In this document: positions 47,137 to 58,110 of the stretch, piece by piece
How the letters are laid out: each line of letters opens with the position of its first letter
How positions within the stretch are numbered: position 1 is the stretch's first letter
Assembly: GCA_013288325.1 (NCBI GenBank)
Contig: JABDCB010000001.1
Span: 44,287-108,286, forward strand
DNA length: 64,000 bases
Source of the DNA: Bacteroidota bacterium
Lineage (GTDB): Bacteria; Bacteroidota; Bacteroidia; Palsa-965
Direction: 5' to 3'
Notes under the pieces: model-generated
The model's database searches: none
Told to the model about the DNA's origin: nothing
The model's input: only the letters and a program-made list of their open reading frames with translations
Position numbers and translations under genes: made by a program

Positions 47137-50100
47137 TTAATTTCTCATCAGCTGTATGTAGCCGGTAAGATTATAGCTCTTCCCGTCATCTCCCTTTGCA
47201 TTCAGGATATAATAATAGGTTCCGTCTGAAGCACGTTCCCCGCCAAGGGTATATCCATCCCAGGTTTGCCCCGGTACGTACAGTTGCGCAATCATCACTC
47301 CCCAACGGTCATAGATTTTCATGTTGAAGGATAAAATGCCCTGATAGTTGATATGATAGAGATCGTTACTGCCATCTCCATTGGGAGTAAATACATTCGG
47401 AACCGTAATCCAGGAGTTGATATCTTTTACCACAATAACTTCTGAATATGTGGACGTACATCCGTTGATATCTGTCACCGTAAGCGTCACCGTATATGTA
47501 CCGGCAGTTCCGAAGGTGTGAATAGGATTAGGCCCTGTTCCGGAAGTTCCATCTCCGAAATTCCATTGAAAGGTAGTTGCATTCACAGAACTCAGATTTG
47601 TAAAGGTAACCGGCAATGGTGCCGATCCCAATGTGGTGTCGGGCCGGAACAGGGCTGTTACGCTGTTTACCTTTACTGTATCAACCGTTGTGGCACTGCC
47701 GCAATTGTTGGTAACGGTAACCGTGTAATTTCCCGACGCAGTAACATGTATAGTATCTGTAACGGCACCTGTACTCCAGGAATAACTGGTTCCCCCGGCA
47801 GCTGTGAGAATACTTGAATTGCCAGAGCATAAATTATTGAGCCCTGTAACAGATGGGTTTGGCAAAGGGTTAACGGTTATCGCATCCGCACTCGATGCCG
47901 TGCCACAGACATTGGTTACAAACACCGTATAATTACCAGTGGTAGTTATGGTAATAGAACTGGTTGTGGCACCATTACTCCAGGAATAACTGCCACCGCC
48001 TGTCGCGGTTAGTATTACATTGTTTCCAGCGCAAAAAGTGAGAGGCCCGCTGGCAGTAACAACAGGATGCGGAAGATATCCCGTGTTTTTTACGGTGTCT
48101 GTTACGGTGGCAGAACAGCCCAGTGAATCGGTAATGGTGCAGACATACACTCCGGAATCGAGGGTTGTAGCTATAGATCCGTTTCCGCCTGCGGGCGACC
48201 AGGAATAAGTATAAGATCCGCTGCCTCCGGAAGGAGTCACGGAAGCGGAACCGTTTTTGTTTTGACAGGTAGCAGCAGTACTGCTACCAATGCTGCTAAG
48301 AAGAGAAGGTTGTGTAATAGTGAACGATTGTGCCGAAGTGCAACCCGATGCATCCGTAACAGTACAGGAATAACTTCCGGCACAAAGATTTGTAAGTGAA
48401 GGAGTAGTGGCAGCTGAGCCTTGCCAGGAGTAAGTATATGGAGCATTGCCTCCCGAAACACTTGTTGTTGCATTGCCATTACAAACAGCATTACACGACA
48501 AATTGATTTGTGAAGGAGCAATGGAAAGGGCAGTGGGTTGTGTAAGGGCAAACGTTTGAACAGAACTACAGCCATTGGCATCCTTGATAGTACAGGTATA
48601 TGATCCGGAACAAAGATTATTCAATGCCGGAGTAACAGAGGGCGATGATGACCAGGAATACGTATATGGAGCAGTGCCTCCCGTTGGAGCTACCACCGCA
48701 CTGCCATTACACACACTGTTACACGAAAGGTTGGTTGAGGTGGGGTGAGCCGCAAGCGCGGCAGGTGTATGAATTGTATCTATTTGTGTAGCCAGACAGT
48801 TATTCGCATCGCGTATATAACAGGTATAAATTCCGGTACAGAGGTTGGAGGAACTATTGGTAATGCTTCCGCCAGCTGACCAGGAATAAGTATAAGGGCC
48901 TGCTCCTCCACTAGGTGTTACAGTAATACTTCCGGTGCAGGATGCATTGCAAACAGGATTGGTTTGTACAGCGGAAGAAGAAGGTGCTCCGGAATTAGTC
49001 ACGGCCACCGTTGTGTTTTTTGAACAACCTGATCCGTCCGTTATTGTTGCGGTGTATGTACCTGCGGTAAGACCGGTGATGGATGAAGTCCCTTGTCCGG
49101 AACCAATAGGATTGGTTGACGACCAGGAATAAGTGAGTGTTCCGGTACCTCCGGATGCACTGACACTTGCACTTCCGTTATTTGAATTACAGGTGGCAGA
49201 AACGCTGCTTGTTGTTGCGGCCAGTGCCGCAGGTTGTGTGATAGTTGCTTGCTGGGTTGTTTGGCAACCATTAGCATCGGTTACATAACAGGTATAAGTT
49301 CCTGCACAAAGAGAAGATGCTGTAGCACCCGTACCACCGCTTGGAGCCCAGGAATAGGTCATGGCACCCGTTCCTCCTGAAGCACTGACGGTAGCTGTTC
49401 CTGTACAGCTTGCGTTGCAAGTCAGGTTAGCGCTGGAAGCCAATGTTGCATTAGGAGCATTGGTTGCAGAAATGGCAACGGTATATGTTTGTGAGCAGGC
49501 TTTGGTATCGTTTACGGTAAGGGTATAGCTACCAGCACCCAATCCTGTGGCATTGGCTGTTCCTTGTCCACCGCCCGGTGCAGGACTCCATATATATGTA
49601 TACCCGGGAGTGCCTCCGGAAACCGTAACACTTGCCGTTCCGGTATGAGCGGTACAGGAAGTAGATGTACTGGAAGCTGGAGCAATGGAAAGAACAGACG
49701 GCTGAGTAACGGTAAAGATCTGTGAAGTGTTACACCCTTTGGCATCGGAAATGCTGCATGTATAATTACCCGGGCAAAGTGCGGATGCGGTATTTGTAGT
49801 GCTTGGGTTTCCGGTCCATGCATATGTGTATGGAGCCGTTCCTCCCGAAACCGTTGTTACCGCCGAACCGTTACAGGATCCGTTGCATGAAATATTGGTT
49901 TGAGAAGGAGCTTCACCCAAAACTGCTGGCTGGGTAATGACGGCTGTCTGTGTTTTGATACATCCGTTTGCATCCGTCACATGACAGGTATAGGTGCCTG
50001 CACACAAAGCCGAGGCGGTAGCAGCTGTACCTCCTGAAGGAGCCCAGGAATAGGTATAGGAAGCGGTTCCTCCGCTGGGACTCACGGTAGCTGAGCCATT

Positions 50101-52668
50101 GCAGACTGCGTTACAGGAGAGATTGGTAGTGGTTGATGCAGGGATAGAAAGTGCCGCCGGCTGAGTAATCGTAACACTCTGAGTGGTGGTGCAACCATGT
50201 GCATCGGTAATGGTGCATGTATAAGTATTGGGGCAAAGGGAACTGGCAGTGGCGCTTGTGCCCCCACCTCCTGTCCAGGAGTAGGTATACGCCGAAGTGC
50301 CGCCGGAAGGAGAGACGGTGGCAGAGCCATTGCAGGCAGCATTGCATGTAATATTAACGGGGCTGACCGAAGCGCTTAGTGCCGATGGAGGTGCATTGAT
50401 TGTTACAATAGCAGTGTCCCCGGCAGAGGTAGGACAAAGTAAAGAACCTTTTACAATGACCGTATAGGAACCTGCAGAAAGATTACTGATGGTTTGTGTG
50501 GTCTGTCCGCTGCTCCAGGAGTATGAATAAGGCGCTCCGCAAAAAGTTGGGTTGGCTGTAGCAGCTCCCAGATTACTTGAACAGAGTGGCTGTGTAACAG
50601 CAACTGATAACGCCCCGGGAGGAGTACAGGCAGCAACGGTAATTGCAGCAACGAAAGAAGTGTTATCGGTAATTCCCCCGCAGGCATATAATACTCCATT
50701 TGCTCCGAAAGCCAGATCAAACACCATATCAGGTAATCCGGAAATGGTGTGTATCAGATTCAGATTCGGATCGTATTCATAAACATGGGTATTGGATCCA
50801 ACAAATACATTCCCGCATTTATCCACTACGAGTCCTCCGTTCACCTGCAGCGTGGTGCTGCTTCCATTGGAAGCTATATTCTGTCCTCCGGTAATCGTGG
50901 TGGTATGAATATGGGCACCTGTTGTTGCATCCCACTGATCCAGGTTGAGTCCATCAGTAGTGTACACATAGGCACAGGAAGCTGTCAGCGCATTCATTCC
51001 CGGTGAGTTGGGAGCCTTTTTGTCAAAGTCGCGGAAACTGTATTTTGTACGTGCTGTAAAAAGTTTGATTCCTGTATTCGGGTTATAGCAAACCAGGGTA
51101 TTGTGTCCTCCGCTCGTATACTTAGGAACAGTGGCCGGATTTTTCTGCGCCATGTAATTGCTATCGGAACAGAGGTGATAGATATTGCCATTAGGAGCCC
51201 AGAAGGTTGAAATGATATCCCCCAGGGTGTCGTTTTCGGTAAAAGAACTTTCAGCTCCTGTAGCAGTATTTACCGATTCAAAATCCCCCAGGTTATGATA
51301 ACGGGTGACACCATTATAGGTGCCGCCTCCGGATTGAATAAGTTTGGTATAGTCACAATTGAAACTAATGTTCCAGGTTTCATACAGATCGGTGGTGCTG
51401 CCTCCCGGAGTTGCAGCGCCCCACAGGACAATAGTTCCAGTTGGATCCACTTTGACGGTATTGTAATAGTTTGGAAAATTACCGAGACCGATGGTAATGT
51501 AAATATTGCCGGAAGGGTCAGCTGCCACATCACCCTGATAGATCTGATTATAACCGAATTTTGTAATGAGGTCAAGGGTCCACTGCTGGGTGCCTGCAGC
51601 GTTATATTTAGTTATATGTGTCCTTCCTCCGGTAGTAGTATCAATAGAATACACGATAGAGTTCCCGGCAGCATCTACCGTTACATCATCAGCTGCTTCA
51701 TGCACAGAAATAGGAGGCCCCACGGTCCAGGGATCAATCACCAAAGTAGATTGGGTGGATTTGTTTTTATTCAGAGCGAGGCTGAAGCCTATAGTTTGAG
51801 CATCATTGAGCCGGAAAGCTGATTCAATCTCCCCTTGTGAATTTCCTTGATCAGATTCGAAATGAGAAATAGGAGCATGATCGGTAATTGTTCCTAAAGA
51901 AGTAGGAAGAAGAATATTATTGTCTGCATCCAGTTTAGGGAATACACCTTCATAATGCATCTGAATTTTTGAAGGATCAGCACCGGGATGTAAAAAATAC
52001 GAATACTTAATTCCCGCATCCGGATGAATCGTAAAAACAATATCAATACCCGGGTAAATATTTTTGTAGGTCAGTTTTTTATAAGCTCTTGCATGACCAA
52101 TGATGGGTGTCTGTTTATAAAGTAACAGGTAATTAAAGTAGTTGGGTGCTTCCTCACCGGCATCAATGGACACGGAGGGGTTCGCCCCTTCCCAGTTCAT
52201 TTGAATATCAGCGGTCTTTGTAATGAAATGTTGATCATCCTCCTCTTCCCCTTCTTCATTCTGGATATTATTTTTTTTGGAGAATTTGTTCCATTGCCGC
52301 TCGGAAGCTTTTTCCATTTTGGAAATACGATAGGTTACCCCTTTTTTTGTAAAGAAGTATTCCGTCACACCATCCCGGAAGCTATATAGAATGCTGTTTC
52401 CATCCAGTCCCTGCAAATCTTCCAGTTGGCCTTTATTTTCAATAAAAACTTTATTCCGGAGACTGTTTACATTTTTGATCCAGGCAATAGAAGGAGCAAC
52501 AGAGCCTGGTGAGGTAGCTTGATTCCTCTTACTTTGTGCAGACAGGAAAATTTGTGATGGGTGTTTATCCGGAGACGCTTTTATTTGCTGCGCATATCCT
52601 GATTCCTGCCAGGAACACAGCGATATAAACAACAACACCCAGAAAGAGAAAGTAAATTTCCGAATCAT
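47137..52668 (-). CDS. Large T9SS type-B CTD adhesin-like protein (N-terminal FIENKGQ domain, propeller, many SprB repeats, PKD)
   Basis: FIENKGQ...NIYPGID...LVIDP; SprB repeats; CTD VPNVFTPNGDG..YDRWG. Confidence 0.92.
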   Translation of the reverse strand: MIRKFTFSFWVLLFISLCSWQESGYAQQIKASPDKHPSQIFLSAQSKRNQATSPGSVAPSIAWIKNVNSLRNKVFIENKGQLEDLQGLDGNSILYSFRDGVTEYFFTKKGVTYRISKMEKASERQWNKFSKKNNIQNEEGEEEDDQHFITKTADIQMNWEGANPSVSIDAGEEAPNYFNYLLLYKQTPIIGHARAYKKLTYKNIYPGIDIVFTIHPDAGIKYSYFLHPGADPSKIQMHYEGVFPKLDADNNILLPTSLGTITDHAPISHFESDQGNSQGEIESAFRLNDAQTIGFSLALNKNKSTQSTLVIDPWTVGPPISVHEAADDVTVDAAGNSIVYSIDTTTGGRTHITKYNAAGTQQWTLDLITKFGYNQIYQGDVAADPSGNIYITIGLGNFPNYYNTVKVDPTGTIVLWGAATPGGSTTDLYETWNISFNCDYTKLIQSGGGTYNGVTRYHNLGDFESVNTATGAESSFTENDTLGDIISTFWAPNGNIYHLCSDSNYMAQKNPATVPKYTSGGHNTLVCYNPNTGIKLFTARTKYSFRDFDKKAPNSPGMNALTASCAYVYTTDGLNLDQWDATTGAHIHTTTITGGQNIASNGSSTTLQVNGGLVVDKCGNVFVGSNTHVYEYDPNLNLIHTISGLPDMVFDLAFGANGVLYACGGITDNTSFVAAITVAACTPPGALSVAVTQPLCSSNLGAATANPTFCGAPYSYSWSSGQTTQTISNLSAGSYTVIVKGSLLCPTSAGDTAIVTINAPPSALSASVSPVNITCNAACNGSATVSPSGGTSAYTYSWTGGGGTSATASSLCPNTYTCTITDAHGCTTTQSVTITQPAALSIPASTTTNLSCNAVCNGSATVSPSGGTASYTYSWAPSGGTAATASALCAGTYTCHVTDANGCIKTQTAVITQPAVLGEAPSQTNISCNGSCNGSAVTTVSGGTAPYTYAWTGNPSTTNTASALCPGNYTCSISDAKGCNTSQIFTVTQPSVLSIAPASSTSTSCTAHTGTASVTVSGGTPGYTYIWSPAPGGGQGTANATGLGAGSYTLTVNDTKACSQTYTVAISATNAPNATLASSANLTCNASCTGTATVSASGGTGAMTYSWAPSGGTGATASSLCAGTYTCYVTDANGCQTTQQATITQPAALAATTSSVSATCNSNNGSASVSASGGTGTLTYSWSSTNPIGSGQGTSSITGLTAGTYTATITDGSGCSKNTTVAVTNSGAPSSSAVQTNPVCNASCTGSITVTPSGGAGPYTYSWSAGGSITNSSSNLCTGIYTCYIRDANNCLATQIDTIHTPAALAAHPTSTNLSCNSVCNGSAVVAPTGGTAPYTYSWSSSPSVTPALNNLCSGSYTCTIKDANGCSSVQTFALTQPTALSIAPSQINLSCNAVCNGNATTSVSGGNAPYTYSWQGSAATTPSLTNLCAGSYSCTVTDASGCTSAQSFTITQPSLLSSIGSSTAATCQNKNGSASVTPSGGSGSYTYSWSPAGGNGSIATTLDSGVYVCTITDSLGCSATVTDTVKNTGYLPHPVVTASGPLTFCAGNNVILTATGGGSYSWSNGATTSSITITTTGNYTVFVTNVCGTASSADAITVNPLPNPSVTGLNNLCSGNSSILTAAGGTSYSWSTGAVTDTIHVTASGNYTVTVTNNCGSATTVDTVKVNSVTALFRPDTTLGSAPLPVTFTNLSSVNATTFQWNFGDGTSGTGPNPIHTFGTAGTYTVTLTVTDINGCTSTYSEVIVVKDINSWITVPNVFTPNGDGSNDLYHINYQGILSFNMKIYDRWGVMIAQLYVPGQTWDGYTLGGERASDGTYYYILNAKGDDGKSYNLTGYIQLMRN

Positions 52669-52989
52669 GCAGCACTTTGTTTACCCCAGATCAGGGTTCC
52701 CCATAATTGTATAGCTGCAAGGACAGCCGGAGAATCCTGAAAAAAGGAAAAATCGTATACTCGTAAAGTGTGTTCTGATTGTTACCTTAAAAGTAGGAAA
52801 AAAAATCCGGTATTATTGGAACTTAAGATAATCTTCATGCAAATATGATGTGAAGGGCTGTTTTGAGAGTATAATGTATTAAAATCCGTAATTATCACTT
52901 AAAATTATTAATTTGCTGCATCCTTGTGCTTATATAGTGTTTCACAACACCCTTGACGGGGGCCGATCTTATTATTAAACAAAGCGAGC

Positions 52990-55900
52990 ATGAAGTGTAA
53001 TTTACTCTTTCTTCGATTCATTTTTCTTTTGTCGATTGTTGGTTTTTCTTCCGGTGCCATTATAGGGCAGGAGTGTAATGTCATTTATGTTACACCTGGT
53101 GGAGCTTCCTCCGGAGTAGCCGGCACAAGGGCAACACCGGCGAATCTTACTTATGGACTTTCGCTGATTTCTGCAACAGCTAATCAGTTATGGCTGTCAA
53201 CCGGAACATATACCATATCTGCTACGTTGGCAATTCCTGCTAACGCAACCCTTGAAGGAGGATTTACCGCCGGTACATGGACAAAGAGCAATGCAACAGC
53301 CTCCATTATAAGCAGGGATACAAATAATGTTTTGGTTGCAAATAATGCGCTGATCGGATTGATGGGAAACTCGGTTTCTGGGTTCCGTTTGCAGGATATC
53401 ACTGTGAATGTGGCGAATGCACCGGGAAACCAGATATCTGTTTATGGCATTTATCTTACTTCCTGTTCTTCTTATAATATAACACGCTGTACAGTAAATA
53501 CCGGGAGTGGCTCTCCTGGCCTTACCGGCCTTACCGGTAGTGCAGGGATTCCAGGTGACACAGGAACGAGAGGTGTACCTGGTAATGCCAATGAAATTAT
53601 TATGGGAGGTGGAGCAGGAGGGGCTGGATCAAGCGGGAATGATGGAGGAGCTGGGGCCAATACCGGACATTGGGATCCAACGAATAATAGCCCGGGTACA
53701 GATGGTTTGTCTTTAGGATGTGGCGGTACTGGCGGTGCATCAGGTAGCGGTCCAGCCTGTTCATTGGGTTGTGCTTTCGGCGATCCTGCTTGCGGGTCTG
53801 AAACACCAGGAACAAATGGCAACCCTGGTAATCCTGGACCAGTAGGTACAAGTGGTGCTGCCGGCCCTGCAGGATCAATTACAACTTGTTTTTATGTGCC
53901 GGGAGGTGCAGGAGGATCCGGTACAAATGGCGGGAGTGGATGTGGTGGCGGCGGTGGAGGTGGCGGCGGCGGAAGACAGAAGAATGGTTCCGATGATGTA
54001 GGTGGAAGCGGCGGCGGCGGCGGCGGCGGAGGTGGTGGTGGAAATGCTGGTGGTGGCGGAACAGGTGGAGGAAGTTCATTTGCCGTATTTCTTTGCAGCA
54101 ATGGAGCAGGAGGTATCATACAAGATTGTATGCTTAATCCGGGTGCCGGTGGCACCGGTGGAGCAGGTGGTGCCGGCGGCGCCGGTGGGGCTGGTGGAGC
54201 AGGCGGTGCCGGTGGACCCGCAGGACCTTGCAGCAACAGCTATGGAGGAAGTGGGGGCAATGGAGGAAGCGGCGGTAATGGAGGAAGCGGCGGATCAGGA
54301 GCAGCAGGAATGAGCCTTGCGTTGAGCGAAAACGGTGGTACGCCTGTAAGTAATTTAGGAATAAGTGGTGTTCCAGGGAATCCTCCGGTAATTACCGTTG
54401 CAAATAAAGGATGTACAAATTCAGAAGTGGTTTTTAATGCAACCACCAGCGGCACCTGGAATTTCGGAGCGGGAGCCAGTCCGGCAACAGCAACCGGTAC
54501 AGGACCCTTTTCTGTTTTCTATAGCAGTTTAGGAAGAAAAAATATTGTACTGGGAGGGGTCACGTTTACCGATTATATCAATATTTTTCAAAATGGCCCC
54601 GGGGCATCTGGTATCACTCCGGCAAATGCTACGGTGACGGCCGGTTGTCCAAACAGTTTTTCTACGGCTTCAAGCGGAACCAATTATCAATGGGTGTTCG
54701 GCCCTTCTGCCAGCCCTGATACTGTTTCCGGAACGAGTCTTACCACAACAGGGAACATTTATTTTACCCACCCAGGCACCTATACCATTTACGTTTATGT
54801 TACCACTACCTGTTGCGGAAGGATAAAGGACTCCACAACAGTTACAGTAAATCCCAGCCCGAGTAATGTAACGCTTACTGCTTCCCCGCTGGTTATCTGT
54901 CAAGGTGATACGGTACACTTTACGGCCAGCCCGGCTACTTATAGCGGATATCAGTTTTTTGTTAATGGCGTCTCGGTGCAAAGCGGAATTAGCAATACAC
55001 TGGTTACATCCACCTTAGTCACCGGCGATAGTATTGAAGTTGTCGCTCTTGCCGGAACTTGTTTTACCAATCCGAGTGCTGTTGTCAAACCAACGGTTAA
55101 TGCGGTTCCCAGTGTAACATTATCTTCTTCTCCAACTCCTTCTATCTGTGCCGGACAAAGTGTAACCTTTACAGCCAGCCCTTCAGGATTTACCAATTAT
55201 CAGTTTTTTAACGGAGCATCCTCGGTTCAAAACGGAAGCGGGAACACCTATACTACAACATCACTTGCTGTGGGAAATAGTATTACAGTAATTGGAAACA
55301 ACGGATGCAAGAGCCCGGTCAGTACACCGATTGTAACAACTGTAAATCCGTTGCCGATAGTTACAATAAGTGGTCTGGATTCGGTTTGTTCAGGTAATGG
55401 AACAACACTTACTGCCGGAGGGGGAGGAACCTATAGCTGGAGCGGCGGTCCTGCTACAGCTGCCTATACATTTACTCCGGCTTCTACAGCAACGTATACC
55501 GTAACAGTGACAAACGGAGCGGGCTGTATCGCAACAAATACACAAACGGTAAAAATGAATCCATTGCCAGTAACTACGGTGACCGGGAATACTGTTATAT
55601 GTGGTGGCTCTAACGCAGTTCTAACCGCTAGTGGCGGGGGTGCTTATTCCTGGTCGAATGGAAACACCACGGCCAGCATTACGGTTAGCCCGGCAGCTAA
55701 CACAACCTATACAGTTACAGTCACCAGCATTTCCGGCTGCACGGCTACAGCTACACAACTGCTTACCGTAAATCCTTCTCCACAAATAACGGTTACTACC
55801 GCCAATTCTACCTGCAATAACAGCAATGGTTCGGCAACTGCAACTGTTACCAATGGAGGAGCTCCTTATACTTATAGCTGGAGTAATGGACAAACAACAC

Positions 55901-56961
55901 AAACTGCTACCGGAATTCCTGCCGGTACTTATACAGTAACGATAACAAATACAAACGGATGTAAGCAAAATGCAATAGCAACGGTGGTGAACAATTCTAT
56001 GCCTTCTGTTGCATTGGCTTCGCAAACCAATGTTGCGTGTTTTGGAGGTACTAATGGATCGGCGATTATGACGGCCAGTGGTGGATCAGCACCTTATACC
56101 TATTCCTGGAATACAACACCTGTCCAAACAACGGCAACAGCTTCGGGCCTTGCCCAGGGTACCTATACAGTTACTCTTACTGACGCAAACGGATGTAGTC
56201 TTCAGCAAACAGTAACTATTACACAGCCCACATTGCTATCGGATTCCGCCACATCTGTTAAAGTATGCGGAGCAGGAAAAGGAACGGCGTCTGCCTTGGC
56301 GAGCGGAGGCACCGGACCCTATACCTATTCCTGGTCGCCGGCAGGCGGAACAGCAGCATCAGCTTCTAATCTTGTTTTGGGAACTTATACATGCCTGGTA
56401 ACAGACAGTCATGGTTGTATTAAAGCATCAACGGTTGCAGTTATTGCCGATAGTGTTCCCAATGCAAACGCAGGACCAGGAGTAACGATGGGTTATGGCA
56501 GCACCACCATACTTGCCGGAACAGGTGGCGGAACCTATAACTGGAGCCCTGCCGACGGACTGAGTTGTACAAGTTGTGCAAATCCTTCGGCCACACCATT
56601 AACTACAACCACGTATACGCTTACGGTGACAAGCGACAGCGGTTGTGTGGCCATGGCTAAAACCACCATTGTAATTGATTACGATTGCGGTGATGTATTT
56701 GTACCCAATGCTTTTTCTCCTAACGGAGATTCTGAAAATGATCTGGAGTGTGTTTATGGACGGTGTATAGAGACCATGTATTTTGCTATTTATGACCGGT
56801 GGGGTGAAAAGGTGTTCGAATCATCGGAAAAGAAACAATGCTGGGATGGAACATTCAGGGGGCAACTCATGAACACAGACAGCTTTGTGTATTACCTAAG
56901 TGCAAAATTGGTAACCGGAGAAACGATTACGAAAAAAGGGAATATCAATCTGGTCAGGTAG
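52990..56961 (+). CDS. T9SS type-B CTD protein with collagen-like/polyglycine region and Ig/SprB repeats
   Basis: G-X-Y and GGX tracts; CTD VPNAFSPNGD..YDRWG..LVR. Confidence 0.92.
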   Translation: MKCNLLFLRFIFLLSIVGFSSGAIIGQECNVIYVTPGGASSGVAGTRATPANLTYGLSLISATANQLWLSTGTYTISATLAIPANATLEGGFTAGTWTKSNATASIISRDTNNVLVANNALIGLMGNSVSGFRLQDITVNVANAPGNQISVYGIYLTSCSSYNITRCTVNTGSGSPGLTGLTGSAGIPGDTGTRGVPGNANEIIMGGGAGGAGSSGNDGGAGANTGHWDPTNNSPGTDGLSLGCGGTGGASGSGPACSLGCAFGDPACGSETPGTNGNPGNPGPVGTSGAAGPAGSITTCFYVPGGAGGSGTNGGSGCGGGGGGGGGGRQKNGSDDVGGSGGGGGGGGGGGNAGGGGTGGGSSFAVFLCSNGAGGIIQDCMLNPGAGGTGGAGGAGGAGGAGGAGGAGGPAGPCSNSYGGSGGNGGSGGNGGSGGSGAAGMSLALSENGGTPVSNLGISGVPGNPPVITVANKGCTNSEVVFNATTSGTWNFGAGASPATATGTGPFSVFYSSLGRKNIVLGGVTFTDYINIFQNGPGASGITPANATVTAGCPNSFSTASSGTNYQWVFGPSASPDTVSGTSLTTTGNIYFTHPGTYTIYVYVTTTCCGRIKDSTTVTVNPSPSNVTLTASPLVICQGDTVHFTASPATYSGYQFFVNGVSVQSGISNTLVTSTLVTGDSIEVVALAGTCFTNPSAVVKPTVNAVPSVTLSSSPTPSICAGQSVTFTASPSGFTNYQFFNGASSVQNGSGNTYTTTSLAVGNSITVIGNNGCKSPVSTPIVTTVNPLPIVTISGLDSVCSGNGTTLTAGGGGTYSWSGGPATAAYTFTPASTATYTVTVTNGAGCIATNTQTVKMNPLPVTTVTGNTVICGGSNAVLTASGGGAYSWSNGNTTASITVSPAANTTYTVTVTSISGCTATATQLLTVNPSPQITVTTANSTCNNSNGSATATVTNGGAPYTYSWSNGQTTQTATGIPAGTYTVTITNTNGCKQNAIATVVNNSMPSVALASQTNVACFGGTNGSAIMTASGGSAPYTYSWNTTPVQTTATASGLAQGTYTVTLTDANGCSLQQTVTITQPTLLSDSATSVKVCGAGKGTASALASGGTGPYTYSWSPAGGTAASASNLVLGTYTCLVTDSHGCIKASTVAVIADSVPNANAGPGVTMGYGSTTILAGTGGGTYNWSPADGLSCTSCANPSATPLTTTTYTLTVTSDSGCVAMAKTTIVIDYDCGDVFVPNAFSPNGDSENDLECVYGRCIETMYFAIYDRWGEKVFESSEKKQCWDGTFRGQLMNTDSFVYYLSAKLVTGETITKKGNINLVR

Positions 56962-56988
56962 AATAGCAAATATTCAGACGGAACAAAT

Positions 56989-58077
56989 ATGAAACAAATA
57001 CAATATAAGTTTAGCGTGCGAAAATGGGCCTCCTTGTTTGCCGTTGTTTTAATAACAGGTGTTACTTCGTTAACAGCTCAGGATGTACATTTTTCGCAAT
57101 TTACCATGTCGCCTCTTACACAAAATCCTGGCCTGACAGGGGCGATATATGATATTCAGGCCCTCATGAACTATCGAACTCAATGGGCCAGTGTTGCAAG
57201 TCCTTATACCACCATGGCGGCATCTTTCGATATGCGTTTGGGACATAAAAAATCGAGAAAAGGTTTTTGGGCTGCAGGGATGAATATATATGACGATAAA
57301 GCGGGAGATGCCCAGCTCAGTATTTTGCAGGCTAACCTGAATGTTGCATATCATGTTCGTTTGAATGAATATAATATTCTGGGTGCCGGTGTTCAGGTTG
57401 GATTTGTTCAGCGAAGTATCAGTGCAGGGGCTCTGCAGTGGGGTAATCAATACAATGGAAGTGTTTACGATGCAAGTCTTCCTACCGGAGAAACTGCTGG
57501 TATCGCAGCCAGCAAAATGTTTATTGATGCCGGTGCGGGTGTTGTGTGGTCATATGATAACACAAAGGGCGCAAAAAATGTGACGGATAATCATGAATTC
57601 AAAATTAATGTAGGGGCGTCTGTTTTTCACCCTCAGCAAAGCTCCTATTCATTCTATGGAGATGGAGAAAAATTGTATATGAAATTTTTAGTCCACAGTG
57701 ATGCACGAATCAGTATTCCGAATTCTAATATGGCTATCGTACCCGCTGTCATGTATAGCAGGCAGGGAGATGTTCAGGAGCTGGATGCCGGGGCGATGCT
57801 TCGCTATAAATTAAAGCAAGACAGTAAATACACCGGATTTGCAAAAGGCGCGGCCCTTTCATTGGGAGGGTATTATCGTGCAGGCGATGCTTTTGCACCA
57901 GCCATGTTGCTGGAATATGCTAATTATGCGTTAGGGATGAGTTATGATCTGAATACATCCCCGCTTCGTACAGCCAGTAATCTGAGGGGGGGAGTAGAAA
58001 TAACACTTCGCTTTGTAACTCCCAATCCCTTTCTTAAAAGAGGTTCTTCCTCTATACTTTATCAGCCAACTCCCTGA
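56989..58077 (+). CDS. PorP/SprF family T9SS outer-membrane protein
   Basis: AQDVHFSQF...NPGLTG...YRTQW; GMSYD; directly downstream of a type-B CTD gene. Confidence 0.92.
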   Translation: MKQIQYKFSVRKWASLFAVVLITGVTSLTAQDVHFSQFTMSPLTQNPGLTGAIYDIQALMNYRTQWASVASPYTTMAASFDMRLGHKKSRKGFWAAGMNIYDDKAGDAQLSILQANLNVAYHVRLNEYNILGAGVQVGFVQRSISAGALQWGNQYNGSVYDASLPTGETAGIAASKMFIDAGAGVVWSYDNTKGAKNVTDNHEFKINVGASVFHPQQSSYSFYGDGEKLYMKFLVHSDARISIPNSNMAIVPAVMYSRQGDVQELDAGAMLRYKLKQDSKYTGFAKGAALSLGGYYRAGDAFAPAMLLEYANYALGMSYDLNTSPLRTASNLRGGVEITLRFVTPNPFLKRGSSSILYQPTP

Positions 58078-58097
58078 GGAATTATTTCCGGATAAAT

Positions 58098-58105
58098 TAT
58101 ATTTG
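58098..58105 (+). promoter_or_regulatory. Bacteroidota -7 promoter element
   Basis: TATATTTG, 5 nt before ATG 58111. Confidence 0.5.
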
Positions 58106-58110
58106 CAGTC

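Noticed and set aside
52666-52992. TAAACAAAG..GCATG just upstream of both divergent T9SS genes
   Set aside because: Short and A-rich, compatible with ordinary Bacteroidota translation-initiation bias.
53892-54455. Proline-rich ORFs on the minus strand
   Set aside because: Antisense shadows of the glycine-rich coding region.
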